In this document: piece after piece, positions 46,901-55,853 of the stretch
Layout: each line of letters starts with the position of its first letter
Numbering within the stretch: the first letter of the stretch is position 1
DNA from: an uncultured Candidatus Saccharibacteria bacterium
GTDB taxonomy: Bacteria; Patescibacteriota; Minisyncoccia; CAIUEV01; JAHKAQ01
Direction of reading: 5' to 3'
DNA length: 64,000 bases
Assembly (NCBI GenBank): GCA_964598205.1
Contig: CAZRBB010000003.1
Coordinates: forward strand, 17,046-81,045
Position numbers and translations under genes: made by a program
Notes under the pieces: generated by a model
What the model saw: the letters and a program-made list of their open reading frames with translations, nothing else
Database searches by the model: none
Told to the model about the DNA's origin: nothing

Positions 46901-48300
46901 CTATTCTTGTAAATAGTTCTCGGTTTTTGGGGGTCTATAATAAAGCTTTTAAGCGCTGCTCGACCAATAATTGCCTTACACTTTAGCTCTCTTCGATCGG
47001 CAATGGTAGCGGGAACTTCAAAAGAAACGCCTCCCAATGACAGGCTAATCCGTACTTTAGGGCGAAGGGTTTTTCCATTAGCAGAAAGAACACTAACTGC
47101 TCCCAAAAAAAGAGGATGAGTTTTTAGCTTTTCTTTTTTGGCGTGGTTATTGAAGTAAGGGTTAAAGCTTTCTAAGATTTCCCCAAAACCCAAAGATTCG
47201 GCTAGCTCAGAACAAATAGAAGTAGAATAGGCGCCAGTGTCTATTTTAGCCTCGACTGTTTTTTCTAGATTAGATAGAGGGTTTTTTACAGTAATAGATT
47301 CAAAAATTCCAATAATTTTCCTTCCAGTAAGATCTTCTATGTCTTCTTCTATTTCTCCGCCAAAAAGATCTTGTCCTACACGAACACCTCTTTTAGCCGA
47401 GATTATTTTAAGCCCCTCTACCTTGTTTAGTCTAGATTTTAACGGAGCAAGGTTGGCAATTTGAATGCCCAGTCCTGGTCGGGCATTGAGTTCTGCAACA
47501 ATAGGGCCTCTTTCTCTGTCGATCATAATATCTACTCCCAAATATCCAATTCCGGAAAGCTGTTGTGTTTTAATGGACATTTCTAGAACTTCTTGCCAAA
47601 AAGGGATGGCGATTCCTGAAAGAGAAAGACGGGTTTTGGGAACCTTTTCTAAAAAGAATTCTTTCTGGGTGGCCATGTTTCGAGTAATGGCAGTGGTGGT
47701 GATTCCAGTGGCTAGATCTATCCCAGCACAGATCCCTCCCAGATGAAGATTGGCTCGACCGCCAGACTGCTCGGTAGGGAGTCTTAGCATGGCCATTATT
47801 GGAACATTGTTAAAAACAATAACGCGAATGTCTGGAATTCCCCGAAAACAATAGGGCTTGAAAAGTTTAATAATTCGAACCCTTTCTTCAAAGAAGGCAG
47901 AGTCAACAACCCCAGACAACGAATAGTTTCCTTCTAGGATATTGATAATGTGTGTTTTTAAGTCTTGGACAGAGACTTCTTGTTTGTCTGCTTTTACCCA
48001 GTTACCGTTTTTTTTCTTTCCATAAACAACAATAATCCCTTCGCCTCCAAGACCTTTGTTTGGTTTAAGGGCAAAGGAGCTGGGTAGATTTTCCCAATTA
48101 AAAGAATCAAGCTCTTTTAGGCTGGAGATTTTTCCTATTAAAGAGGAAACAGGAATATTGTTTTTTCGGAGTAGTCGTTTGGTTAGGAGTTTGTTGTCGG
48201 CAAACTTCCGCGCTCCCTTTTTGTTATAGGGCCGGGTATATTCTAGATTGCGGGAGTTCATCCCCAAAAGCTGGCTACTTTTTTTCAGGAATTTCAACAT
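46897..48300 (-). CDS. RimK-related (alpha-L-glutamate ligase-like) ATP-grasp fused to a retropepsin-like aspartyl protease
   Basis: LGMNSRN, KPNKGLGGEGI, PDIRVI, ANLHLGG, ELNARPGL; C-terminal KIDTGA and IIGR. Confidence 0.88.
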   Translation of the reverse strand: MLKFLKKSSQLLGMNSRNLEYTRPYNKKGARKFADNKLLTKRLLRKNNIPVSSLIGKISSLKELDSFNWENLPSSFALKPNKGLGGEGIIVVYGKKKNGNWVKADKQEVSVQDLKTHIINILEGNYSLSGVVDSAFFEERVRIIKLFKPYCFRGIPDIRVIVFNNVPIMAMLRLPTEQSGGRANLHLGGICAGIDLATGITTTAITRNMATQKEFFLEKVPKTRLSLSGIAIPFWQEVLEMSIKTQQLSGIGYLGVDIMIDRERGPIVAELNARPGLGIQIANLAPLKSRLNKVEGLKIISAKRGVRVGQDLFGGEIEEDIEDLTGRKIIGIFESITVKNPLSNLEKTVEAKIDTGAYSTSICSELAESLGFGEILESFNPYFNNHAKKEKLKTHPLFLGAVSVLSANGKTLRPKVRISLSLGGVSFEVPATIADRRELKCKAIIGRAALKSFIIDPQKPRTIYKNR

Positions 48301-48934
48301 TTTTTATAACTTCTTTGAACCTAAAATATTCAGAAAAACGAAGACCTGTCCATTTTCCTAGGGCAATATTAAAGAGAATAACTAAAATAATAAGCCAAGG
48401 ATAACTAAGTAAAAGTGTTCGCAAAAAATCGGCACTAGCTACAAAGTAGGCCAGAATGGAAAGAAGAAGTGTTTCTAAGGACAAAAAAATAGCCGTTTTG
48501 GCCCCCTTTTCTATTTGAACCAAAATAAACTTTTCCATTAAAGTGATCATGATTAAAAGAGGGAAAATAGAGACCGAGGCTAAGCCAGTTCTTTTAAAAT
48601 AACCTCCAAGCATTAATACAAAAAAAATGGCTACAGAAACAAGGGAGAGCATAATAGATACTCGAGGAAGGTGCAGTAAGCGAAACCCCTTAAGAGTAAT
48701 GCGAGAAATGGTTCCAGCTATTAAAATGATTAGAAAAAGGAAAACTCCATATTTTAGTCCAGTGGAAAGGAAGGCAATGGCGATAATAGACGGAGTGTAA
48801 ATACCAAAAGCCTTAATTCCAATAACTTGCCTGGCAATTGCCATGGTAGTTACAATCAGGGGGAAAATTAAAATTAGTTCAATGGTTTCTTGGGGAACGC
48901 CTTGGGTTGATGCAAACCTAACAATGTTGTGCAT
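48275..48934 (-). CDS. 7TM domain protein (family usually fused to inactive transglutaminase)
   Basis: RQVIGIKAFGIYTP, LLHLPR, FPLLIM..LMEK, WTGLRFSEYFRF. Confidence 0.82.
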   Translation of the reverse strand: MHNIVRFASTQGVPQETIELILIFPLIVTTMAIARQVIGIKAFGIYTPSIIAIAFLSTGLKYGVFLFLIILIAGTISRITLKGFRLLHLPRVSIMLSLVSVAIFFVLMLGGYFKRTGLASVSIFPLLIMITLMEKFILVQIEKGAKTAIFLSLETLLLSILAYFVASADFLRTLLLSYPWLIILVILFNIALGKWTGLRFSEYFRFKEVIKNVEIPEKK

Positions 48935-48993
48935 TTTTGAAGATTAATAAAAATCGCTATTAGCTTATACTTTAGCAAAAAGAAAAACAAGAA

Positions 48994-49464
48994 TTAAAGG
49001 CGAGAATTAAAATGGCAAAGAGAGGCAGCGAGGGCGTCGGAAGCGTCGTCTAGCATGGAACATTTTTGAAGACCTAGAATAGTAGTGACCATTTTTAATA
49101 CTTGATTTTTATCGGCTCGACCATAGCCAACCACTGCCTGCTTGATTTGTAGCGGAGTGTACTCAAAGACGTCAAGACCTGCTTCTTTGACGGTTAAAAT
49201 AAGAACCCCTCTGGCGGCGGCCACTGCCATTGCGGTCTTGGAATTCTTGGCAAAAAAAAGACTTTCTATTGAGGCTACTGTTGGGTGGTATTGCTTGATG
49301 ATTTTTCTAAGATCTTTTTTGATCTGACAAAGACGTTCGGGAAAACAGTCGTTCTTAGAGGTGGTAATACAGCCAAAGTCTAAAACATTAAAAGAGCGTT
49401 CTTTAGAAAGAACACCATAGCCAACTCTTGCAAATCCAGGGTCAAGACCTAAAACAATTTTCAT
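48994..49464 (-). CDS. ruvC: Holliday junction resolvase
   Basis: LGLDPG, IESLFF, EYTPLQIK, DDASDALA. Confidence 0.97.
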   Translation of the reverse strand: MKIVLGLDPGFARVGYGVLSKERSFNVLDFGCITTSKNDCFPERLCQIKKDLRKIIKQYHPTVASIESLFFAKNSKTAMAVAAARGVLILTVKEAGLDVFEYTPLQIKQAVVGYGRADKNQVLKMVTTILGLQKCSMLDDASDALAASLCHFNSRL

Positions 49465-49472
49465 AGATAGGG

Positions 49473-51398
49473 CTAAAAATTAAAAACAGAAAACAAAAAG
49501 TTAACAAAATAATTCTTAAGATTCAAGAGGGACAGGCTGTTTTTGGGTTTTTTAAGAGAAAGAGGATTGTTGAACATTTCTTTTGATTCTTTTGTTGGCG
49601 GCTGGGTTTTTAAAAGGGTGTTTGCTGGTTCATTGTTGGTCACGGTCTTTTGTTGGGAAGCGGTGGTTTTTTGCGTGGCCAGCATTAAGGATTGGTTGAT
49701 AGAAATAGATGTTTTAATTTCTTTTATGCTGTTTGTGATTATTTTTTTTCCACCGAGAGAATCTTCTTCCAATATCCCTTTTACCTTAAAAGAAGAGTTT
49801 TTCTTTATTGCTAAAAGGTCCTGATCGATCTGTGGAGGAAATTCTAGAAGAAGTTCGAATCCATTTTTGTTTTTAATTAAAAAGCGCTTGTTTTTAGCAT
49901 AGGAGATTGTTCCAGAAAATTCAACCAAAGAAGCAACAAGAGGGGAACAGTCTTTTTTGCTAAGGCAAATATCTAAAGATGCTTCGTTGAGTTTTTTTTG
50001 ACCGTCTGCTCTTGCTTGTTCTTCTTTTTCCGATTTAAGGAAAAGACGATCGTTGTTTTTATAAAGAGTGCCAGAAATAATGAGCCGATCTTGTTCTTGG
50101 AAGGAATGAATATAGCCTGTTTTTACAAGAATACCGCCACCGTTGAGCTGTAAATAAAAACCGCTTTTACCAAAAGGAGAGGCAAGAGAAGAAACCGTTC
50201 CCACAATAAGAACAGAAGAAAGGTTGGGCTTTTTTTTTAGGGAAGTAAAATGGCTTTGGGCTTGGTCGGTCTTTGTTAGGAAATCTTTAGGAAAAATAAG
50301 TTCACGAGAGGAGCCCGAAAGAGTGGCCGATTCCGTGCTTGGTGTGGCAGAGCTTGATGGACAGGACTCTTCTAGGCATTCAGGGTTGATCCAAAAAAGA
50401 TAGCCATCGTTATTTTTAAAGAAAACCTTATTTTCTTTGGCTGACTCTTTAAAAGAAAGAGAATTGATTAATGTCTTGTTTGGGGCAACCAGGGAAATGG
50501 TTTCCGAAGAATTATGAAGGTCAAAACCAAAGAAGTTTCCGAATAGCTGTATTGTTTTTTTAGGACCAAGAATAAGGTCTGTGTTGAAAATAAAATCATC
50601 TTCGCTTTGATTAAGAAGCTTCCAGTTATAAAGATTAACATTAAAATTGTTGGGGTTTGAAATAACGACAAACTCTTTTTCTTTTGTGTCTAGGCCAGAG
50701 GGGTTTGGGAAAATTGCCTGAACTACAAGAGAAGGATAGCTGTTTGTTTTTTCTTGAGCTGATAATAACGATGGATTTGATGGTTCGGCGGAGGAATTCG
50801 TAGTGGCGTTGGGTGGATCGGTGGTGTCACTGGAGGACCCTGGCAAGATAGAGGTTGGGTTAAGGGAAGAATCTTTTGGTGCTGTTCCGGGAGTGCCGTA
50901 TTCAGAATTTTCCAAAAGAGAGGTGCTTGCCTTCCAAAGATTGGAGCTTGGGAAAAACTCCAAAGAAACGCCTTCTTTTACTGATGATGCTTGATATTCC
51001 AAGGAGGAGCATTCTTTTTGTTCTGATCCAAAAATAATTTTCCCACCAGAATTAACCAGAGAAAGCTTTTCGTATTGATAAAAACAGGGAATGTTTTTTT
51101 GAGAAAGAGCTTCTTTGTTTCTGCAGGCAACAGAATAAGAGAGTGGTTCTAAGAAAAAATCTTCTTTAATGGTAAAGGAAGATTGATTGGCAATAAGGGT
51201 AAGATCTTTTAAATTTACAGCAACAGCAGATTCATTAAAAAGCTCCAACCATTCTCCCTCAGTATCGGAAAAAATGGCGGGGTTAATCATTGCTTCGCTT
51301 AAGACGACTCCCGGTGGGCAATCGGCAGCGAAGGTTGCCGAGGGGAAGAAAGACCAAATACTTCCAAAAAATAAAACAGAAAAAAATAATGGCTTCAT
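49473..51398 (-). CDS. Secreted lamin-tail-domain protein (two LTDs plus probable OB folds)
   Basis: Signal peptide; SEAMINP..EWLELFN...GTPG; AIFPNP..EFVVISN; Ser/Thr/Pro linkers. Confidence 0.75.
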   Translation of the reverse strand: MKPLFFSVLFFGSIWSFFPSATFAADCPPGVVLSEAMINPAIFSDTEGEWLELFNESAVAVNLKDLTLIANQSSFTIKEDFFLEPLSYSVACRNKEALSQKNIPCFYQYEKLSLVNSGGKIIFGSEQKECSSLEYQASSVKEGVSLEFFPSSNLWKASTSLLENSEYGTPGTAPKDSSLNPTSILPGSSSDTTDPPNATTNSSAEPSNPSLLSAQEKTNSYPSLVVQAIFPNPSGLDTKEKEFVVISNPNNFNVNLYNWKLLNQSEDDFIFNTDLILGPKKTIQLFGNFFGFDLHNSSETISLVAPNKTLINSLSFKESAKENKVFFKNNDGYLFWINPECLEESCPSSSATPSTESATLSGSSRELIFPKDFLTKTDQAQSHFTSLKKKPNLSSVLIVGTVSSLASPFGKSGFYLQLNGGGILVKTGYIHSFQEQDRLIISGTLYKNNDRLFLKSEKEEQARADGQKKLNEASLDICLSKKDCSPLVASLVEFSGTISYAKNKRFLIKNKNGFELLLEFPPQIDQDLLAIKKNSSFKVKGILEEDSLGGKKIITNSIKEIKTSISINQSLMLATQKTTASQQKTVTNNEPANTLLKTQPPTKESKEMFNNPLSLKKPKNSLSLLNLKNYFVNFLFSVFNF

Positions 51399-51468
51399 TT
51401 TTTTAAATTAATAAAGCCATTGTTGCAAAATAAAATAAACTTTTTTTAAAAAACAATTAAAATTAAAA

Positions 51469-52494
51469 TTAAAATAACTTTTCCGGGCTTAGGCCCAAAT
51501 GGGAATAAGCTTCTGGGGTAGCAATTCTTCCCCTAGGAGTTCTTTCTAAGAAACCGATTTTTATTAAATAAGGCTCATAGACTTCTTCTAGTGTATCTTT
51601 TTCTTCTCCGGTGGCAGCGGCTAGAGCAGAAATGCCGGCTGGGCCACCATTAAACTTTTTGATTAATACATCTAAAAGCAAGCGATCGGCGTTTTCCAGC
51701 CCTGTTTCGTCTATCTCTAGCATTTTAAAAGCTATCTGGGCGATTTTATGGTCAATAGTGCCGGTTCCTTTGATTTGGGAAATATCCCGAACTCTCTTTA
51801 GTAGTCGATTAGCTACGCGCGGATTTTTCCGGCTGCATTTGGCGATTAAAGAAAGCCCGTCTTTTTCGATAGGAACTTTTAAAAGCTTGCCAGAGCGTTC
51901 AATGATTTGGCTGATTTCTTGATCAGAATAAAAATCAAGTCGGTAAGAAATGCCGAACCGGCTTCTTAGGGGAGAAGAGATAAGGCCAGCACGAGTGGTG
52001 GCACCGATTAGAGTAAATCGAGGAAGATCTAGTTGTAGTGTTTTAGCAGAAGGACCTTTACCAATAATAATGTCTAGTTTATAGTCTTCCATTGCCGGAT
52101 AAAGAGCTTCTTCTACTAGCTTGTTTATTCGATGAATTTCGTCAATAAATAAAACATCTCCATCTTCTAGGTTGGTTAGAATAGAGGCTAAGTCTCCAAC
52201 TCTCTCTATTGCAGGGCCAGAGGTGGGTTTAAAATTTTTGCCCATTTCATTGGCAATGACATGAGAAAGGGTGGTTTTACCAAGGCCGGCTGGGCCATGA
52301 ATTAAAACATGTTCCAAGGATTCCTGTCTCTTTTTGGCAGCTTCAATAAAAATTTTTAGGTTTTCCTTAATTTGTGATTGGCCAATATAATCCGCAATTG
52401 TTTGGGGTCGCAAAGTGAACTCCAGTTGGGGGTCCTTTTCGGAAGCAGAAAATATTTTTTCTTTCTTTTCTTTTTTAAATGAAGATTCAATCAT
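51469..52494 (-). CDS. ruvB: Holliday junction branch migration helicase
   Basis: [34 protein letters not shown]. Confidence 0.98.
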   Translation of the reverse strand: MIESSFKKEKKEKIFSASEKDPQLEFTLRPQTIADYIGQSQIKENLKIFIEAAKKRQESLEHVLIHGPAGLGKTTLSHVIANEMGKNFKPTSGPAIERVGDLASILTNLEDGDVLFIDEIHRINKLVEEALYPAMEDYKLDIIIGKGPSAKTLQLDLPRFTLIGATTRAGLISSPLRSRFGISYRLDFYSDQEISQIIERSGKLLKVPIEKDGLSLIAKCSRKNPRVANRLLKRVRDISQIKGTGTIDHKIAQIAFKMLEIDETGLENADRLLLDVLIKKFNGGPAGISALAAATGEEKDTLEEVYEPYLIKIGFLERTPRGRIATPEAYSHLGLSPEKLF

Positions 52495-52495
52495 C

Positions 52496-52524
52496 TTGAC
52501 TTTATTTTAAAGATGAGCTAGTAT
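52496..52524 (+). promoter_or_regulatory. Sigma70-type promoter antisense to both flanking genes
   Basis: TTGACT-17 nt-TAGTAT. Confidence 0.6.
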
Positions 52525-52537
52525 ATTTTGTTCTATT

Positions 52538-52705
52538 AAAAATTTCCTATTTGGTTCTGTGGACATAGGGGTCTTTACATTAAAGGCCCAGGAAGTTAGC
52601 CTAGATTTCAGGGCTTTTCGGTTTCGACTGGATTGTTCCTCGGGTTGATTTTTCTCCTTGCGTTTTCAGCGAGAATGTGTCTACAGAATTAAGCAGGAAA
52701 TTTTT
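52538..52705 (+). ncRNA. Candidate structured RNA, 6S-like
   Basis: Long closing stem with G-U pairs valid only on the plus strand, internal bubble, UUCG hairpin, upstream promoter. Confidence 0.55.
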
Positions 52706-55700
52706 TTATTCTTCTGTAGCGCGAATAATTTCTGCCATACTAGTAATTCCTTCAACTACTTTTAGGACACCGTCTTGAGCCATCGTCAACATGCCTTCGG
52801 AAACGGCTTGCTTTAGAATAACAGAAGTGGTGGAGAAACGGGAAATTAATTCTTCTAGGGCTTCGGACATGACCATTACCTCTGTGACCGGAGCAATCCC
52901 GGAATAGCCAGTATTTTTACACTTAAGGCAACCTACGGGAACAAAAATTTGTTCTATTTTTTGAGGGATAGCAATATGAGCCGTTTCGGGAATGCTTCTG
53001 ATAACGGTTTTTATTTTTTCTAAAACTTCTGGACTGGGGTTTTCGGCTCTTTTGCATTCTGGGCAGAGGCGACGAACTAGTCGTTGTGCCATTAGGGCAT
53101 TAGTGGCAGAAGCAATGTCGGAAGGGTCAATGTTCATGTTAAGCAACCGCTGGACAGAAGCTACTGCATTGTTGGTGTGAAGGGATGAGAGAACTAAATG
53201 GCCAGTCAGAGAAGCTTGGATAGCAATCTTGGCAGTTTCTTCGTCTCTGATTTCTCCAATCATTAGAACATCTGGGTTTTGACGGAGCAGTGCGCGAAGA
53301 GCGCTGGAAAAATCGTAACCTTCTTCGGTGTTGATTTGAGTTTGCAGAACGCCCTTTAGGCGGTATTCAATTGGGTCTTCTACGGTGATTATTTTTCGTT
53401 CAGGAGTATTGATTTTATTTAACAGAGAATAAAGAGTAGTAGTCTTTCCACTACCGGTGGGGCCAGTGTTTAAGATAATTCCATTGGGTTTCTCTACTTC
53501 AGCCAAGAGTCGGCTTAAGGTTTCCGACCGAATCCCTATTGCATTAATGTCTAGAGAACGAGCTGATTTATGAAGAAGTCTAATCACAACGGTTTCCCCA
53601 TATCCTCCTGTAATAATAGAAACACGAGCGTCAATTTCTTGGTCGGCAATATTTTCTAGAGGGATTTTGAGCTTAATACCAAAACGACTATCGCGGACGG
53701 CCTGATGAGAGCTAGCTTTAAAGCCGGAAAGGTTTTTAATTCTTCCAAGAAGAGGGAAATAAGTGTTGCCGGAAATGGAGCCAATGTCTTGGAGAATGCC
53801 ATCAATGCGGAAACGAATTTTTACCCCATCTCCTTCTGGTTCAAGGTGGATGTCTCCTGCATCAAAATACAGTGCTCCACCAATAACATATTCTAGAGAG
53901 TTTTGATTGGTGGCGCTTGTAATTAAGGCGGCTAGGGCCTGAGGATTGAACTTTGTTTTGAAAACATCTTTTAGCTGATCTTCTTCTAAAACGATTTGCA
54001 AAGAAAGAAGGCGACTCATTACATTGTCGTAAATTTCTTTTAAAAACTCTCCAGAACCAGTGGCTCGCTGAATTTCTTCCATGCTTGTTTCTCCAGTAAC
54101 GGCCTTAAGAATGCCGTCTTGCAAAAGAGTTACCATACCATCTTCCATGGCAGCGCTGAGAATATCGGAATCGGGCTTCATTTCTATAATTAAGTCTTCA
54201 ATGTTTTTATTTATTTCTAAAACCTCGAAAATGCCGATACGCCCTCGATATCCTAAGCTATGACACTTAGGACAACCAACGGCCCGAAAAAGAGTCTTAA
54301 TGTCTTTAGGGATTTCTAAGTTGGCCTTGGGAGAAATAATGGAAAGAAATTGGCCGATGGTTTCTAGGGTTCCCGAGGCGGGAACATATTCTTCCTTGCA
54401 GTCAGGACATAGGCGGCGAACTAAGCGTTGAGCAATAATGATATTGCAAGAAGGGCCGATTAGAGATGGTCGAACACCTAAGTCGACTAATCGGGGAATG
54501 GCGCCAGAAGAAGAGTTGGCATGAACAGTGGAAAAAACTAAATGGCCAGTGAGAGCAGCGTGGGTGGCAATGTCGGCGGTTTCTTCGTCTCTAATTTCTC
54601 CTACCAAGATAACATCGGGGTCTTGCCGGACAATAGAGCGAAGTCCCGTGGCAAAATCATAGCCTCTCTCTTTGTGAACTTGGGTTTGGGAAATGCCTGG
54701 TAACTTATATTCGATTGGATCTTCTATGGTAATGATTTTAGTGGAAGGAGAATTAACTCTTTTAAGACAAGCATAAAGAGTGGTTGTTTTACCGCTACCG
54801 GTGGGCCCAGTATTGAGAATCATCCCGTTAGGCTTTTCTATTTGTCCAAGCAATTGATCAAGAGCTCTGCCTCTTAATCCCATTTGGTCTAGGTCAACAC
54901 TAGACATGTCTTGGTTTAAAAGACGCATTACAATATTTTCTCCAAAGTTTCCCGGCAAAAGGGAGACTCTAACATCTACCGAGCCTAGTGCGGCATCTTC
55001 TAAATTTATTTCGAAGCGTCCGTCTTGAGCTTGGTCTTTAATGTTTAGCTTAAGCTGAGCAATCATTTTTACTCGAGAAAGAACATAAGGATAGACTCGG
55101 TACGGAACAAAACAGATGTTTTGCAAGACTCCGTCAATACGATAACGGAGGCGAACATTTTCTTTTTGAGGTTCCAAGTGAATATCGCTAGAGCTAACCT
55201 TGAGTGCTCCGGCAATTATAATGTTTAGGATTTTAGTGGTGGGGAGTTCTAGGATTTTTCGCTGAAGGTTGGATAACTCTTTAATTTCTTCTTCGAATTC
55301 GGCCAAGTCTTTTCCGGAAAGATTGATTTTTGTTTCTTCTAAAAATCCGCCTAAGTTAAAAACTTTGTATTTTTGAAGAGTGCGATTAAAGCCGGTTTTA
55401 GAAACGATGTAAAATCGACAAAGAAATCCTTCTTTTTTTTCTAAGTCGTAAACCGCTTTTTGGGTCATTGGATCCTTGGGGTTCAATGTGGCTACTTTTA
55501 GATTTTTTCCTGATCGCTGAATAATTAGAAGACCGGAATTTCTGGAAAAATCCTCACTGACAGTGTTTAGGGTGTCTATATCTACTGGGAAAATATTTAA
55601 ATCCAAGTAGGGCAACTTTTGTTTGGCAGCAAAAAAAGCAGTTTGTTCTTCTTCAGAATAAGAACGAACTTGTCGCGAGACATCTTGATATGGTAGTTCG

Positions 55701-55744
55701 TTAAATTGTGTTTCTTCTCCTGATTTTTTTTGGATAATAACCAC
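52706..55744 (-). CDS. PilB/GspE-family ATPase with two complete ATPase domains
   Basis: Two copies each of DIHLEP, GPTGSGKTTT, EDPIEY, GEIRD, TGHLV and CxxC...CxxC. Confidence 0.93.
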   Translation of the reverse strand: MVIIQKKSGEETQFNELPYQDVSRQVRSYSEEEQTAFFAAKQKLPYLDLNIFPVDIDTLNTVSEDFSRNSGLLIIQRSGKNLKVATLNPKDPMTQKAVYDLEKKEGFLCRFYIVSKTGFNRTLQKYKVFNLGGFLEETKINLSGKDLAEFEEEIKELSNLQRKILELPTTKILNIIIAGALKVSSSDIHLEPQKENVRLRYRIDGVLQNICFVPYRVYPYVLSRVKMIAQLKLNIKDQAQDGRFEINLEDAALGSVDVRVSLLPGNFGENIVMRLLNQDMSSVDLDQMGLRGRALDQLLGQIEKPNGMILNTGPTGSGKTTTLYACLKRVNSPSTKIITIEDPIEYKLPGISQTQVHKERGYDFATGLRSIVRQDPDVILVGEIRDEETADIATHAALTGHLVFSTVHANSSSGAIPRLVDLGVRPSLIGPSCNIIIAQRLVRRLCPDCKEEYVPASGTLETIGQFLSIISPKANLEIPKDIKTLFRAVGCPKCHSLGYRGRIGIFEVLEINKNIEDLIIEMKPDSDILSAAMEDGMVTLLQDGILKAVTGETSMEEIQRATGSGEFLKEIYDNVMSRLLSLQIVLEEDQLKDVFKTKFNPQALAALITSATNQNSLEYVIGGALYFDAGDIHLEPEGDGVKIRFRIDGILQDIGSISGNTYFPLLGRIKNLSGFKASSHQAVRDSRFGIKLKIPLENIADQEIDARVSIITGGYGETVVIRLLHKSARSLDINAIGIRSETLSRLLAEVEKPNGIILNTGPTGSGKTTTLYSLLNKINTPERKIITVEDPIEYRLKGVLQTQINTEEGYDFSSALRALLRQNPDVLMIGEIRDEETAKIAIQASLTGHLVLSSLHTNNAVASVQRLLNMNIDPSDIASATNALMAQRLVRRLCPECKRAENPSPEVLEKIKTVIRSIPETAHIAIPQKIEQIFVPVGCLKCKNTGYSGIAPVTEVMVMSEALEELISRFSTTSVILKQAVSEGMLTMAQDGVLKVVEGITSMAEIIRATEE

Positions 55745-55853
55745 AGTTTTTGTTTAATGGGTGTATTTTTTGAAAGTTTATCTAAAAAAAGAGCTTTCGG
55801 CAAAGAAAGTTAGATGGGTTTACTTTTTTGTTTAAGCTAGATACAATTTTTTT

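Noticed and set aside
52608-52636. agggcttttcggtttcgactggatt resembles a tmRNA 5' end
   Set aside because: No T-arm/CCA 3' end, no tag frame, too little intergenic room; it sits inside a larger hairpin
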